From: Welwitschia mirabilis
Taxonomy: Eukaryota
Length of the DNA stretch: 64,000 bases
Direction of reading: 5' to 3'
Assembly: GCA_051453625.1 (NCBI GenBank)
Contig: JBOZIK010000001.1
Span: 44,061,536 to 44,125,535, forward strand
In this document: one piece after another, positions 1 to 11,089 of the stretch
How positions within the stretch are numbered: position 1 is the first letter of the stretch
Layout: the number at the start of each line of letters is the position of its first letter
Translations under genes and position numbers: made by a program
The notes under the pieces: model-generated
Database searches by the model: none
What the model was told of the DNA's origin: nothing
Seen by the model: only the letters and a program-made list of their open reading frames with translations

Positions 1-202
1 TAAGACTTTTAGCTTTAAATTTAATTATATAGAGAGGTTTTATATTTTGAATATCAAAGTAAGTTAAATTCTCCAACCATAGAACTTTTGGGTTTTCACA
101 TTTGATATCAGAGCAAGTTTAAGAAGATTCTTAGACCCTCACATTTGATATCAGAGCATCGATTTTAAATATTTTCAATTATAGAACTATTAGGACATCA
201 CA
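1..202 (+). repeat. 3' end of the 5' LTR of element A
   Basis: Direct repeat of 7330-7546, ends in CA, followed by TTT and the PBS. Confidence 0.85.
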
Positions 203-205
203 TTT

Positions 206-217
206 TGGTATCAGAGC
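206..217 (+). promoter_or_regulatory. Primer-binding site (tRNA-iMet) of element A
   Basis: Perfect TGGTATCAGAGC 3 nt after the LTR-terminal CA. A second perfect copy is at 274-285. Confidence 0.9.
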
Positions 218-1005
218 TAATATCTAGAAGGAGAATTGAATTTTCCAACTGTGAAATTTAGAGCATCACATTCTGGTATCAGAGCCTAGGTTAGCAATTC
301 TATTAAGTATAGTCATTACGAAGTCATTATAAGAGCCTAGAATGCAATTTTGACTAGGAGTAAATGTCAATAGGAATGCCATGGCTATCATTAAAATTAA
401 TTNNNNNNNNNNNNNNNNNNNNNNNNNNNNNNNNNNNNNNNNNNNNNNNNNNNNNNNNNNNNNNNNNNNNNNNNNNNNNNNNNNNNNNNNNNNNNNNNNN
501 NNNNNNNNNNNNNNNNNNNNNNNNNNNNNNNNNNNNNNNNNNNNNNNNNNNNNNNNNNNNNNNNNNNNNNNNNNNNNNNNNNNNNNNNNNNNNNNNNNNN
601 NNNNNNNNNNNNNNNNNNNNNNNNNNNNNNNNNNNNNNNNNNNNNNNNNNNNNNNNNNNNNNNNNNNNNNNNNNNNNNNNNNNNNNNNNNNNNNNNNNNN
701 NNNNNNNNNNNNNNNNNNNNNNNNNNNNNNNNNNNNNNNNNNNNNNNNNNNNNNNNNNNNNNNNNNNNNNNNNNNNNNNNNNNNNNNNNNNNNNNNNNNN
801 NNNNNNNNNNNNNNNNNNNNNNNNNNNNNNNNNNNNNNNNNNNNNNNNNNNNNNNNNNNNNNNNNNNNNNNNNNNNNNNNNNNNNNNNNNNNNNNNNNNN
901 NNNNNNNNNNNNNNNNNNNNNNNNNNNNNNNNNNNNNNNNNNNNNNNNNNNNNNNNNNNNNNNNNNNNNNNNNNNNNNNNNNNNNNNNNNNNNNNNNNNN
1001 NNNNN

Positions 1006-2485
1006 ATGTTAACGCCATGAATAAAAGTATATGGAGAAGGGGTATTACGGAGTCTGTTGTCATACATAACCATTCTTCATGCATTAAATCTTGATCTTTA
1101 AAAAGAGGGCATTGTATTTAAAGCAGGGTCATTATCTAAAGGAAATACCACATGCAAATGAAGAGCGGGTTCTAGGATAATGAATAATCTTGTCAATTAG
1201 TTGCCACTTAACATTATCAATATTCACATTTTACAGAAAAATGAAAATGCTAAAACAGAAGGAGAAAAGCAAGGGTGAGGTAGTGGAAGTAACATAATAA
1301 AGAAATGGGTGTTGGAAAACAAACTGTAGGCCATGCAAGAAAGCCACATGATAATGAGAAATTCCAACAGTAGGAAAACTTGGAGAAAGGAAAATTTGAA
1401 GAAAGGAGGACTCATGTGTAACATGGATAGCATCATAAAATGTCATTGCTAACATATCATTGTAATAAAGAGGATTGCATGGACTATACTTGAACCGCCA
1501 ACCACATGTTGAAAAAAAAATTACGTGACACATGTTAAAATAAAAATGCAATTAATTTTATAAGATATTTTATAGCCTATCGTATAAACTGTAAATTGGC
1601 ATTCATTATGGAAGCATCTATAGTCAAAGAGGCATTTTATTTTAAAAATTTTATTAAAAAAATTTTAAAATAAATTTGTAAACAAAAAAGGGCATTAACC
1701 AGGGATGACATACGATGTTAAGAGTTAGACAGAAATGAGTGACAATGTGATAGAGAAGGCAGCGCATTACATAAAGGATGGTACATCTTAAAAAGAAAAT
1801 GCAATATGACAAAAAGGAACTGCGAAAACTATATCCATGAGGGAACTGCAATTCCAAAAAGAGATACAAATGCAATAAGGATAATATATCAAACATGCGT
1901 AGGCAAAGAAATTATGCATTTTAAAATAAAATTACCATGAAAGAGCCACGATGTGAAGGAAGCGATGACCAAGGCAATGAAAAATAGATTCAGAAGGAGT
2001 TGTAACAGGATTAAATTGGATCCATAGCATGATTGTTAAGCTTAAATTGAAGTTGAACTTGATGAAATGGAGTAGATTTAAGTGGCAAGGGAGCTGGTTT
2101 AGACAATAGTGCTTCTTTTCGGCTCAATCACTGATTTGATAACCAATTGCAATGAAATACTTACAGTTACAGAATGTTTGAAATGCATTATTTTTGGATG
2201 ATAATTGGAATCCTTAGAGAAGATGACATGGTGCATCTACTTTCTTTCATACAAAGACAAGTCGGATTATGGGAGGGATGACTAGAAAGATGGACATTAC
2301 TATTTATGATTTAAGACTTTGCACTTGAAGTGTTATAGTAAATATGAGTCGGGTTGAGGTCTTATGAAACATGTAAGGAAGTGAAACGTTAAAGTACCTA
2401 CAGGAAGCCTGAACGGCATTGCAAATCTAATGAAATGTTTAGTAATGAATATACTTCTTATGAACTCTCTGTTTGGGACATTACA
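1006..2485. mobile_element. Possible nested LTR fragment
   Basis: Ends GGGACATTACA at 2485, resembling the element A terminus, with no PBS after it. The left end is lost in a gap. Confidence 0.3.
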
Positions 2486-3252
2486 ATGTGTTTCTACTCT
2501 CTTTTAATATTAAGCATGACATTTATTAAATAAATAACTGCTTCAAGTTTTCTCTAAAGTAACTGGTTATGATTGTTTCTTATCTTAAGATTCCTCAATA
2601 AAGCTATTGTACAAGACTTATTGAGGCTTTATGTATACCTCTCAGTTTTTTATTGTTCTTCCTACAATGCATATTTGAGATATTGATGTTTCTGCAAATA
2701 ATGAGAAATCTCATCTCCCTATAAAGATGGGTCACTTGCTCATAAATATTTTCTGTGAAACTCATTCTCCTCTTGGGATAAACTCTTCTTTTTCTTCTTA
2801 TACAATTCATCATTTTTGCTTCACCTATACAACATAAGGATCAATATTGTTGTTCTCATGCTCACGGTGACCTTTTTCATTGTAATGTAGAGTTTATGAT
2901 CATGAAAACTCATGAAGGAAAGCTAGAAATGCCATTCTCAAATCTTAACCTGAATAACTATGAATGTTATATTCTTAATGATTAGTATGAAATAAAAGAT
3001 TTATTTCTATGAGAGTATTTGTCGGTGCTAGTGCAAGATCCTCTGCACATTAATTATTTGATGCTTTCATTATTTATACCTCATTCCAATGAAAAAAGGA
3101 AATGGTTGTAAGGTCCTTAGATCTATGTGTATTGCTGTTTGGTAGCATGATAGCATTAACAATTAGAGAAATTGTGTAACCCCTTTCTAAATTGCTCCTA
3201 CAATCAGCAGGTGTCTCATCATTAATGCTGGGAAAAAAGAAGTAGGCATAAG

Positions 3253-3446
3253 TGTGAGGTCCCGAAATCTTCAGTTGAAAATCTTTCAAACTCGATGCTA
3301 TGATATCAAATGTGATGTCCAAAATCTTTAGTTGAAAATCTTTCAAACTTGATGCTCTGATACCAAATTTGATGGCCTAATATTCTACAGTTGAAAATTT
3401 CTGTAAATTTGATGCTCTGATATCAAAATGTATGAGGGAAAGAGGA
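3253..3446 (-). mobile_element. End of a nested, inverted LTR of the element A family, with three tandem PBS+terminus units
   Basis: The minus strand reads three ~58-bp units TTTG(G/A)TATCAGAGCATCAAGTTTGAAAGATTTTCAACT...GGACATCACA and terminates GGGACCTCACA at 3253. The other side runs into an N gap. Confidence 0.75.
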
Positions 3447-5694
3447 NNNNNNNNNNNNNNNNNNNNNNNNNNNNNNNNNNNNNNNNNNNNNNNNNNNNNN
3501 NNNNNNNNNNNNNNNNNNNNNNNNNNNNNNNNNNNNNNNNNNNNNNNNNNNNNNNNNNNNNNNNNNNNNNNNNNNNNNNNNNNNNNNNNNNNNNNNNNNN
3601 NNNNNNNNNNNNNNNNNNNNNNNNNNNNNNNNNNNNNNNNNNNNNNNNNNNNNNNNNNNNNNNNNNNNNNNNNNNNNNNNNNNNNNNNNNNNNNNNNNNN
3701 NNNNNNNNNNNNNNNNNNNNNNNNNNNNNNNNNNNNNNNNNNNNNNNNNNNNNNNNNNNNNNNNNNNNNNNNNNNNNNNNNNNNNNNNNNNNNNNNNNNN
3801 NNNNNNNNNNNNNNNNNNNNNNNNNNNNNNNNNNNNNNNNNNNNNNNNNNNNNNNNNNNNNNNNNNNNNNNNNNNNNNNNNNNNNNNNNNNNNNNNNNNN
3901 NNNNNNNNNNNNNNNNNNNNNNNNNNNNNNNNNNNNNNNNNNNNNNNNNNNNNNNNNNNNNNNNNNNNNNNNNNNNNNNNNNNNNNNNNNNNNNNNNNNN
4001 NNNNNNNNNNNNNNNNNNNNNNNNNNNNNNNNNNNNNNNNNNNNNNNNNNNNNNNNNNNNNNNNNNNNNNNNNNNNNNNNNNNNNNNNNNNNNNNNNNNN
4101 NNNNNNNNNNNNNNNNNNNNNNNNNNNNNNNNNNNNNNNNNNNNNNNNNNNNNNNNNNNNNNNNNNNNNNNNNNNNNNNNNNNNNNNNNNNNNNNNNNNN
4201 NNNNNNNNNNNNNNNNNNNNNNNNNNNNNNNNNNNNNNNNNNNNNNNNNNNNNNNNNNNNNNNNNNNNNNNNNNNNNNNNNNNNNNNNNNNNNNNNNNNN
4301 NNNNNNNNNNNNNNNNNNNNNNNNNNNNNNNNNNNNNNNNNNNNNNNNNNNNNNNNNNNNNNNNNNNNNNNNNNNNNNNNNNNNNNNNNNNNNNNNNNNN
4401 NNNTAGCATATTTATCACACTGAATCTTATCTATGTTCATAATATCTTGCTAATTACTCTTGTTGGGAAAAAAAATTCCTTAAATATTTTAAGTTAAAGC
4501 AATTACTCTACTCTTCAATTTAAAAATGAAGGACCAAATGTGAAGTACAACTTGTAGAAGGTTAACATCTTCGATTTAATATCTAGCAAGATATTCGTAA
4601 TAGTAATTAATTAAGAAGCTTTCATGAAGGCATTTGATCTAACTACTTGCACTTAGGGCTATCTCATTGAGGTAACAAACATAATAACAATAATGGGTTC
4701 CTAGTCATAAGTATTAGTTAGACTTTTAACTCTTTAGCTTATCTTTACAACGTGTGTACATCATTAATAAGATTTCTTTGCTTTTTATCCTTGAATAGTT
4801 ANNNNNNNNNNNNNNNNNNNNNNNNNNNNNNNNNNNNNNNNNNNNNNNNNNNNNNNNNNNNNNNNNNNNNNNNNNNNNNNNNNNNNNNNNNNNNNNNNNN
4901 NNNNNNNNNNNNNNNNNNNNNNNNNNNNNNNNNNNNNNNNNNNNNNNNNNNNNNNNNNNNNNNNNNNNNNNNNNNNNNNNNNNNNNNNNNNNNNNNNNNN
5001 NNNNNNNNNNNNNNNNNNNNNNNNNNNNNNNNNNNNNNNNNNNNNNNNNNNNNNNNNNNNNNNNNNNNNNNNNNNNNNNNNNNNNNNNNNNNNNNNNNNN
5101 NNNNNNNNNNNNNNNNNNNNNNNNNNNNNNNNNNNNNNNNNNNNNNNNNNNNNNNNNNNNNNNNNNNNNNNNNNNNNNNNNNNNNNNNNNNNNNNNNNNN
5201 NNNNNNNNNNNNNNNNNNNNNNNNNNNNNNNNNNNNNNNNNNNNNNNNNNNNNNNNNNNNNNNNNNNNNNNNNNNNNNNNNNNNNNNNNNNNNNNNNNNN
5301 NNNNNNNNNNNNNNNNNNNNNNNNNNNNNNNNNNNNNNNNNNNNNNNNNNNNNNNNNNNNNNNNNNNNNNNNNNNNNNNNNNNNNNNNNNNNNNNNNNNN
5401 NNNNNNNNNNNNNNNNNNNNNNNNNNNNNNNNNNNNNNNNNNNNNNNNNNNNNNNNNNNNNNNNNNNNNNNNNNNGATGAAGATACTAATCATAGTTTGA
5501 ATTGCAAATTAACCTTTAAGAAGATTGTGAAGATCTATATGACTGTAAGGATAACTTTTAATACATATTATGGAGAATATTTTAAGACTATTATACAACT
5601 AATCTATAGAAGTAGTAACTTGTAAGAAAAATGTAGACACTAATTAGTGGAGACCTGATCTTTTGAGGATGAAACTTCTTAAGGAGGTGAGATT

Positions 5695-7546
5695 TGTCAC
5701 ATCCAAAACTTAACCGAATTTAGAAAATCCTTTTTGCAAATATATGACTAATAGATTTACTTTNNNNNNNNNNNNNNNNNNNNNNNNNNNNNNNNNNNNN
5801 NNNNNNNNNNNNNNNNNNNNNNNNNNNNNNNNNNNNNNNNNNNNNNNNNNNNNNNNNNNNNNNNNNNNNNNNNNNNNNNNNNNNNNNNNNNNNNNNNNNN
5901 NNNNNNNNNNNNNNNNNNNNNNNNNNNNNNNNNNNNNNNNNNNNNNNNNNNNNNNNNNNNNNNNNNNNNNNNNNNNNNNNNNNNNNNNNNNNNNNNNNNN
6001 NNNNNNNNNNNNNNNNNNNNNNNNNNNNNNNNNNNNNNNNNNNNNNNNNNNNNNNNNNNNNNNNNNNNNNNNNNNNNNNNNNNNNNNNNNNNNNNNNNNN
6101 NNNNNAAAGTTTCATTTAATTTACATTTATTTGGTCGAGAGGCCATCCTCAGCCACTGAATTATCCAGGATGGCATTATTTATTTTTATTTTTGATTGTT
6201 TTTATTTTCAAAAACTAATAATAAATTAAAGGGAAGGGAACATAAATGACAATAAATTGAAGGGGGTTAGTTAAATGGCCAGAACAAGGTCACTCTATGG
6301 AGCAATGTTGGTGATATCTGTCTTCCTTTCATTTTTGTATTTCACTTTTGTTCCTTTCCTTTTTGTGTTTCGCTCATACGTGTTTTGCTTTTGTTCCTTT
6401 CATTTTTGTGTTTCTTCGCTTTTATTTCTTGACGCTTTTCCAAACCCTTGGTTAGGATTTCAGATTCCGTTTTTCTAAGGATTTACAGATTTTAGTTTTC
6501 ATGTGGCACCAGACCTGGGGTTTCAAATACTTCTTTTATGTCCTTTGCATGATTTGATGGAATACACCTTCAAAATTTTCTTCGCATGATATTTTTCTTC
6601 CAAGATTTGAGCATTTCTTATGTGTATGAAATCTCAATCTCTTTAAGAATGCGCCTTTGAAATAAATTTTAATCGTATTTTTGGCAGGGATATAAGATGT
6701 AGACGACTGCATTCCTGCATTAGCCTGATGTTCCAGATGCACGTCAAAATGCGCTGCCAAAGTAGTTTGCTACCCTGCAAAAATAACAACTACATTGCTG
6801 GAAAAAACCATGCGGTAGCTCCTGCAAATGTGCAATAGTGCATTAACTTTGATCAACGTGGACTTAGCTGCCAATGCAACGCCAGCCACCAGCATAACAC
6901 CAGCTGTCACCACAGATAAACTGACTGCCATGTCATTTTAAAAAAAATGAGTAATGGAATTTCATGGATTTTTCAAAAAAAATGAGTAATAGGAACATGC
7001 TTTGAAGAGAGGATTAAATGGTCAAAGCCTTCAAATATAAATGCTTTACAATGTAATAAAGTACATGGATGTCTATAGAAAAAGAAAAATTGAAGAATTC
7101 ACTCAAATTAATTCAAATACTCAANNNNNNNNNNNNNNNNNNNNNNNNNNNNNNNNNNNNNNNNNNNNNNNNNNNNNNNNNNNNNNNNNNNNNNNNNNNN
7201 NNNNNNNNNNNNNNNNNNNNNNNNGTGCCATTTAATGAATGAATAACATTTAATAGTCTAAATAACCTAAGTAATTTTATTTAATGATTAAATTAAAATG
7301 CAACTTATATGATTATATAAGACCAAGATTAAGACTTTCAACTTTAAATTTAATTACATAGAGAGGTTTTATATTTTGAGTATCAGAGTGAGTTAAATTC
7401 TCCAAACATAGAACTTTTGGGTTTTCACATTTGGTATCAAAGCAAGTTTAAGAAGATTCTCAACAGTGTAACTCTTAGACCCTTACATTTGGTATCAGAG
7501 TATCAAGTTTGAAGATTTTCAACTATAGAACTTTTAGGACATCACA
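5695..7546 (+). repeat. 3' LTR of element A
   Basis: TGTCAC...CATCACA, preceded by a purine-rich PPT. Its end matches 1-202. Contains two N gaps. Confidence 0.8.
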
Positions 7547-8589
7547 ACTGTCTTGTACTATTTTTATTGTAATGACATTATGAATCTCTTGAGGTTGAGG
7601 CTATCTCTTATATAGTCCATTTATAATTAAGTACTACTGAAAAGCATTGTTAGTTGTAGTTATGGAGGGGATGTAGGCTTTGATGAAATTTAATAATGTA
7701 GTTAGAACCTAATAACCCAAGAAATTTAAATTAGTAATTAAATGAATAATTAAAGGATAAGCCAGGAGCATTTAAGAAATATTTTTTTAATTTACAAAAT
7801 CCTTTGAATAAAAATACATCAAATAAGTTTCATCAAAAATATTTGTAAAGATATGATAACATTATTTTTGCTTATAAAGATATTAAGGATTTTTTTAAAC
7901 TAAATTAATATAAACTAGTATTATAGGATCTCATTAAATATGTTGCAGTTTAAACTAGAAAGCCACACTATAGAGAATATTTTAAATAATAAGATTGTAA
8001 AATAAAGAATCACAATACCAAATGAAAAAATAGTGTGTTGTGTCTCTACAGTTTTTTTAAACCCAAGAAAAAAAGATGCATAAATATAAATGCAATCAAA
8101 ATTTTATAGATAAAATATTCATTGCAATCAAAATAATTGAACCTAAAATATCTATAAAAAATAAAAGCTTTGAAGAGTTGTTGCAAATATTTGACAGGAA
8201 AAGAAATGCAACTTAGATTTCAACTGATTTCCTTTGGAAACAAATTCTTCTCTTGATTTGAAAAAGTCATGGTAGAAAAAAAACCAATGTTATTCTTCTA
8301 ATAGTAATAACATTCTTCTTCTTCTTACAATGTCAACATTCTTCTTACATCACTGTTCTTTTGACATTGTTTTCTTCGTTTCAGCTAATAAAATAATGTA
8401 ACACAAAATAGCTAGCTAGCAGCAAATTTTACCTCTTATGTCCTTACTTTATACTTCTTGATCATAAGTTATTTGCTTATATATAATAAATCATACAATG
8501 CAAAAATAGGTGGATCCCAAGTACTGGATCTAAATCAAATGCTAAAACTTCAAAAACATGAGCTTTCATATTCCACTGTATCCGGAGAA

Positions 8590-8705
8590 GAATCAAATGA
8601 AGTTGAAGCTGATTCTAATGAAATAGATGAAGTCAAAGCTAATCCTTATAAAATAGACAGAGTCAAAGCCCATTCTAATGAATAGAAAGAGTCAAGAATG
8701 ATCCT
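8590..8705. repeat. ~30-bp degenerate tandem repeat in the copia LTR
   Basis: About 4 units resembling AATGAAATAGATGAAGTCAAAGCTGATTCT. Also present at about 27305-27420 in the other LTR. Confidence 0.7.
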
Positions 8706-9000
8706 TATTTCCAAAATTTTGGTGGATGTACATGCAATCTAGTAGTAAGGAAATAAATGCAATAAGCATAATGAGTGCAGTTCTATCCAAGAAAGGCTAA
8801 AAAAATGTTTAATATCATAAAGGAAGAGAATTGAGATGTCAATAAACTAACTGACAAATGAATTTCATAAATGGAAGTCCTCTTTCAAATGCCAAAACCT
8901 ATATTCTTAACAATAAAAAGATAAGAATGCCAGAAGGGTGAAGGAGAGGGATAACATAACACAAATGAAGATATTGATGTTTCTTTGCAGAGGGTGAGAC

Positions 9001-9263
9001 TTAAGACTTAGTAGTGGAAGAATCATTATGGCCTAAAGGATGCTTTGTGGTGTCAATCATGTCATGCATTTCACTAATTGTCTATTCTCTTGTCTCATGT
9101 AGAAAAGATCATGCATCCTTCTTTTCTTGTTTCACCTTTGTCCTTGAATTATGGGCCACTCTAGAGGCCTTATTCTTTGCACACTATGAATTCTGCTTCA
9201 TGGATTGTCTCATATCAGAGGCCTTATAATAAACTCTCCCTTCATTTCTTGAGCTTTTCCCTA
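9001..9263 (-). pseudogene. Captured group-3 LEA (LEA_4-like) C-terminal fragment in the copia 3' LTR
   Basis: Translation with one frameshift: GKAQEMKGE..KASDMRQSMKQNS*CAKNKASRVAHNSRTKVKQEKKDA*SFLHETRE*TISEMHDMIDTTKHPLGHNDSSTTKS*. This fits the group-3 LEA pattern GKAQEK...QSAKDK.S...L.QTGEQ......D.VKHTLG. Confidence 0.72.
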
Positions 9264-9491
9264 AGCCTAAGAATATAAAATGACTTATATATTGTCTTTG
9301 GTATCCTAACCACTTCTAGAGCTATTATAATTTCGCTTGGATAACTCCTTTGGATTACTAACACGAGCATTTAGCATCCAATCCTTGCTTTGAATGTTAT
9401 TTTCGGAGCCATCAATCCAGATGTATTTGATAATGATTTTCTCAGTGCATTGAAAGATATTGAGGTTAAGTAAATCATTCAAAAAATACAT
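9264..9491 (-). pseudogene. GLN1: Captured intronless cytosolic glutamine synthetase (GS1) N-terminal fragment, codons 1-76
   Basis: MYFLNDLLNLNIFQCTEKIIIKYIWIDGSENNIQSKDWMLNARVSNPKELSKRNYNSSRSG*DTKDNI*VILYS*A, colinear with plant GS1 [76 protein letters not shown]. Confidence 0.93.
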
Positions 9492-9831
9492 GCTACATCT
9501 TTCTTCAATCAAATAAAGAACTCGAAATTGGCTGCTACAATTCCACCTTGTGCAGAGTTATGATATAGACATTAGACCACTATTGAAGAGGAAATATTTT
9601 AAGCTAATCTCTATTAAATTTTGATGTTTTAATGGAAATAAATAAACCAAAAGATGGAGAATCACTTAAAAAGTTTATAGCAGAGAGAAATAAAAGGAAT
9701 ACAGACATTCTACAAATGTATAAAAATGGAATGCAAGTTTGTGATTTTTCTTCAGCTGGGATTGAGGACATTATTAGGCTGGTGTCATGCAATGATTTCT
9801 TAATCCACTTTGATTTTTGCATGACACAGTA

Positions 9832-10180
9832 TGTTGGAATTTTCTTTGGGTAATTCCAACAATTTAATGCTAGTATGAATATAGAATAGATTTATTGAGT
9901 AAATAGAGTTAGTGGGTCAATTACAAAAAAGAAAGAAAATAGTTATTAAGTTAATAGAGTTAGTAGATCAATTACTAAAAAGAAGAAAAATGGTTATTAA
10001 CTTAGTATAGTTAGTTGATCTATTACAAAAAGAAGAAAAACTATTATTTCCTTTGTATGCCTATAAAAGACTATCTAGTTACATCAAATAAAATTGGACT
10101 CCCAGGTGGGATTCCATTCACGGGACTTCTTTTGGAGCAACAATTTTCTATTTAGTTTTTTTTCTCTCTTATTATTAACA
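9832..10180. mobile_element. 349-bp solo LTR inserted in the copia 3' LTR
   Basis: Absent from the homologous site in the 5' LTR (about 28405). Termini TGTT...AACA. TSD CAGTA (9827-9831) / TAGTA (10181-10185). Contains a 3x ~51-bp tandem repeat (about 9891-10041) and CCTATAAAAG. Confidence 0.85.
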
Positions 10181-10205
10181 TAGTAAATAATAGATACTAG
10201 GAGAT

Positions 10206-10357
10206 AATCATATTTTTGTAACTAATAAAAAGCAAGTTCAATTCCTCCGTAGTAAGTTTCACATCCAACTTGGTAACTTTTTTCATTGCATCCATTAATA
10301 ACACTTAGCTTGCTTAGCAGGTTTCACCATGTAAACATGATTTCCCCTCTCTGTCAT
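10206..10357 (-). pseudogene. Captured 14-3-3 N-terminal fragment (epsilon-group-like) in the copia 3' LTR
   Basis: MTERGNHVYMVKPAKQAKCY / MDAMKKVTKLDVKLTTEELNLLFISYKNMI versus canonical [51 protein letters not shown]. A short frameshifting deletion follows RY. Confidence 0.92.
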
Positions 10358-11089
10358 TTTCAAATCATAAGTAAAATTTCAGCTCTCAACAAGAGATCAT
10401 TCTCTGAGATTTTATTACATTATTATTGTTGTGTGAATAGGAAATAATAATAATATTATAATGAAGAGGTATTAAAAGGATATAGGATTTATTTAGGTGG
10501 TTTTAAGCAAAGTGAATGGGGTTCAATACATAAACGGTAAAATGAATATGTTGTAAACATAGTATATTATGTCAAATAATAATTGATAATGGATTAATGG
10601 GGTTGGATATTATGATGATTATGAGAATAAGATAATAATCAGGCCCATAATTATACATGTAATTATGCATTGTAATGATGATTTTGATTGCATAGGATTT
10701 TCTAGTTCTAAAGTTTAACCTACACATTTCCTAAACATATTCATGATGTCATTTCTCTTTTTCACCATAATGTGAACTCCTAAAAAAAACCTTGCCCTTT
10801 TAGGTTTTCAAAGAAAAAAGGAGTTGGGATGGGCTACATCCAACTAGCATAGTGATAAGTTGAATCATCACACTTGAGCTGGGCAGTGAGAGGTAGACTA
10901 ATTACAACATCATACCTATATGAACATAATAATACTATGAACTTAATAGCATTAAGATAAATTTAATGTAGTTATGGGAAAATACCAACAAACCCCCCTT
11001 TAACATTAAGGTTATAATTTATTATATGTGAAAATAAGTAGGAAGAAAGAAAGAGAATGTTACAAGTTTAGCTGTTACAACAACATTAT

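Larger units (their letters stand above)
1..7546 (+). mobile_element. Ty3/gypsy Tekay(Del)-like LTR retrotransposon A, degenerate; 5' end lies outside the window
   Basis: 1-202 aligns with about 7330-7546 and both end GGACATCACA. The first copy is followed by PBS TGGTATCAGAGC (206-217). A Tekay-type pre-LTR motif TTTGAGGATGAAACTTCTTAAGGAGGTGAGATT precedes TGTCAC at 5695. The internal region is mostly N gaps and no pol is readable. Confidence 0.8.
7672..10990 (-). repeat. 3' LTR of the copia element (includes a solo-LTR insertion)
   Basis: Starts TGTTGGTAT right after the PPT on the minus strand and ends CCTACA. Colinear with 26391-28856 plus 42816-43165. Confidence 0.92.

Noticed and set aside
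45-285. CRISPR-like repeat-spacer appearance of the TGGTATCAGAGC array
   Set aside because: The spacers are homologous to each other, the repeat is a tRNA-iMet PBS, the context is a eukaryotic TE, and there are no cas genes.
266-6229. Long ORFs in the supplied track (up to 351 aa), and similar ones at 16.3, 33, 37.3 and 54.8 kb
   Set aside because: They are translations through N gaps (X runs), not genes.
9306-9512. A functional glutamine synthetase gene
   Set aside because: Only codons 1-76 are present, with stops and altered conserved residues, inside an LTR.
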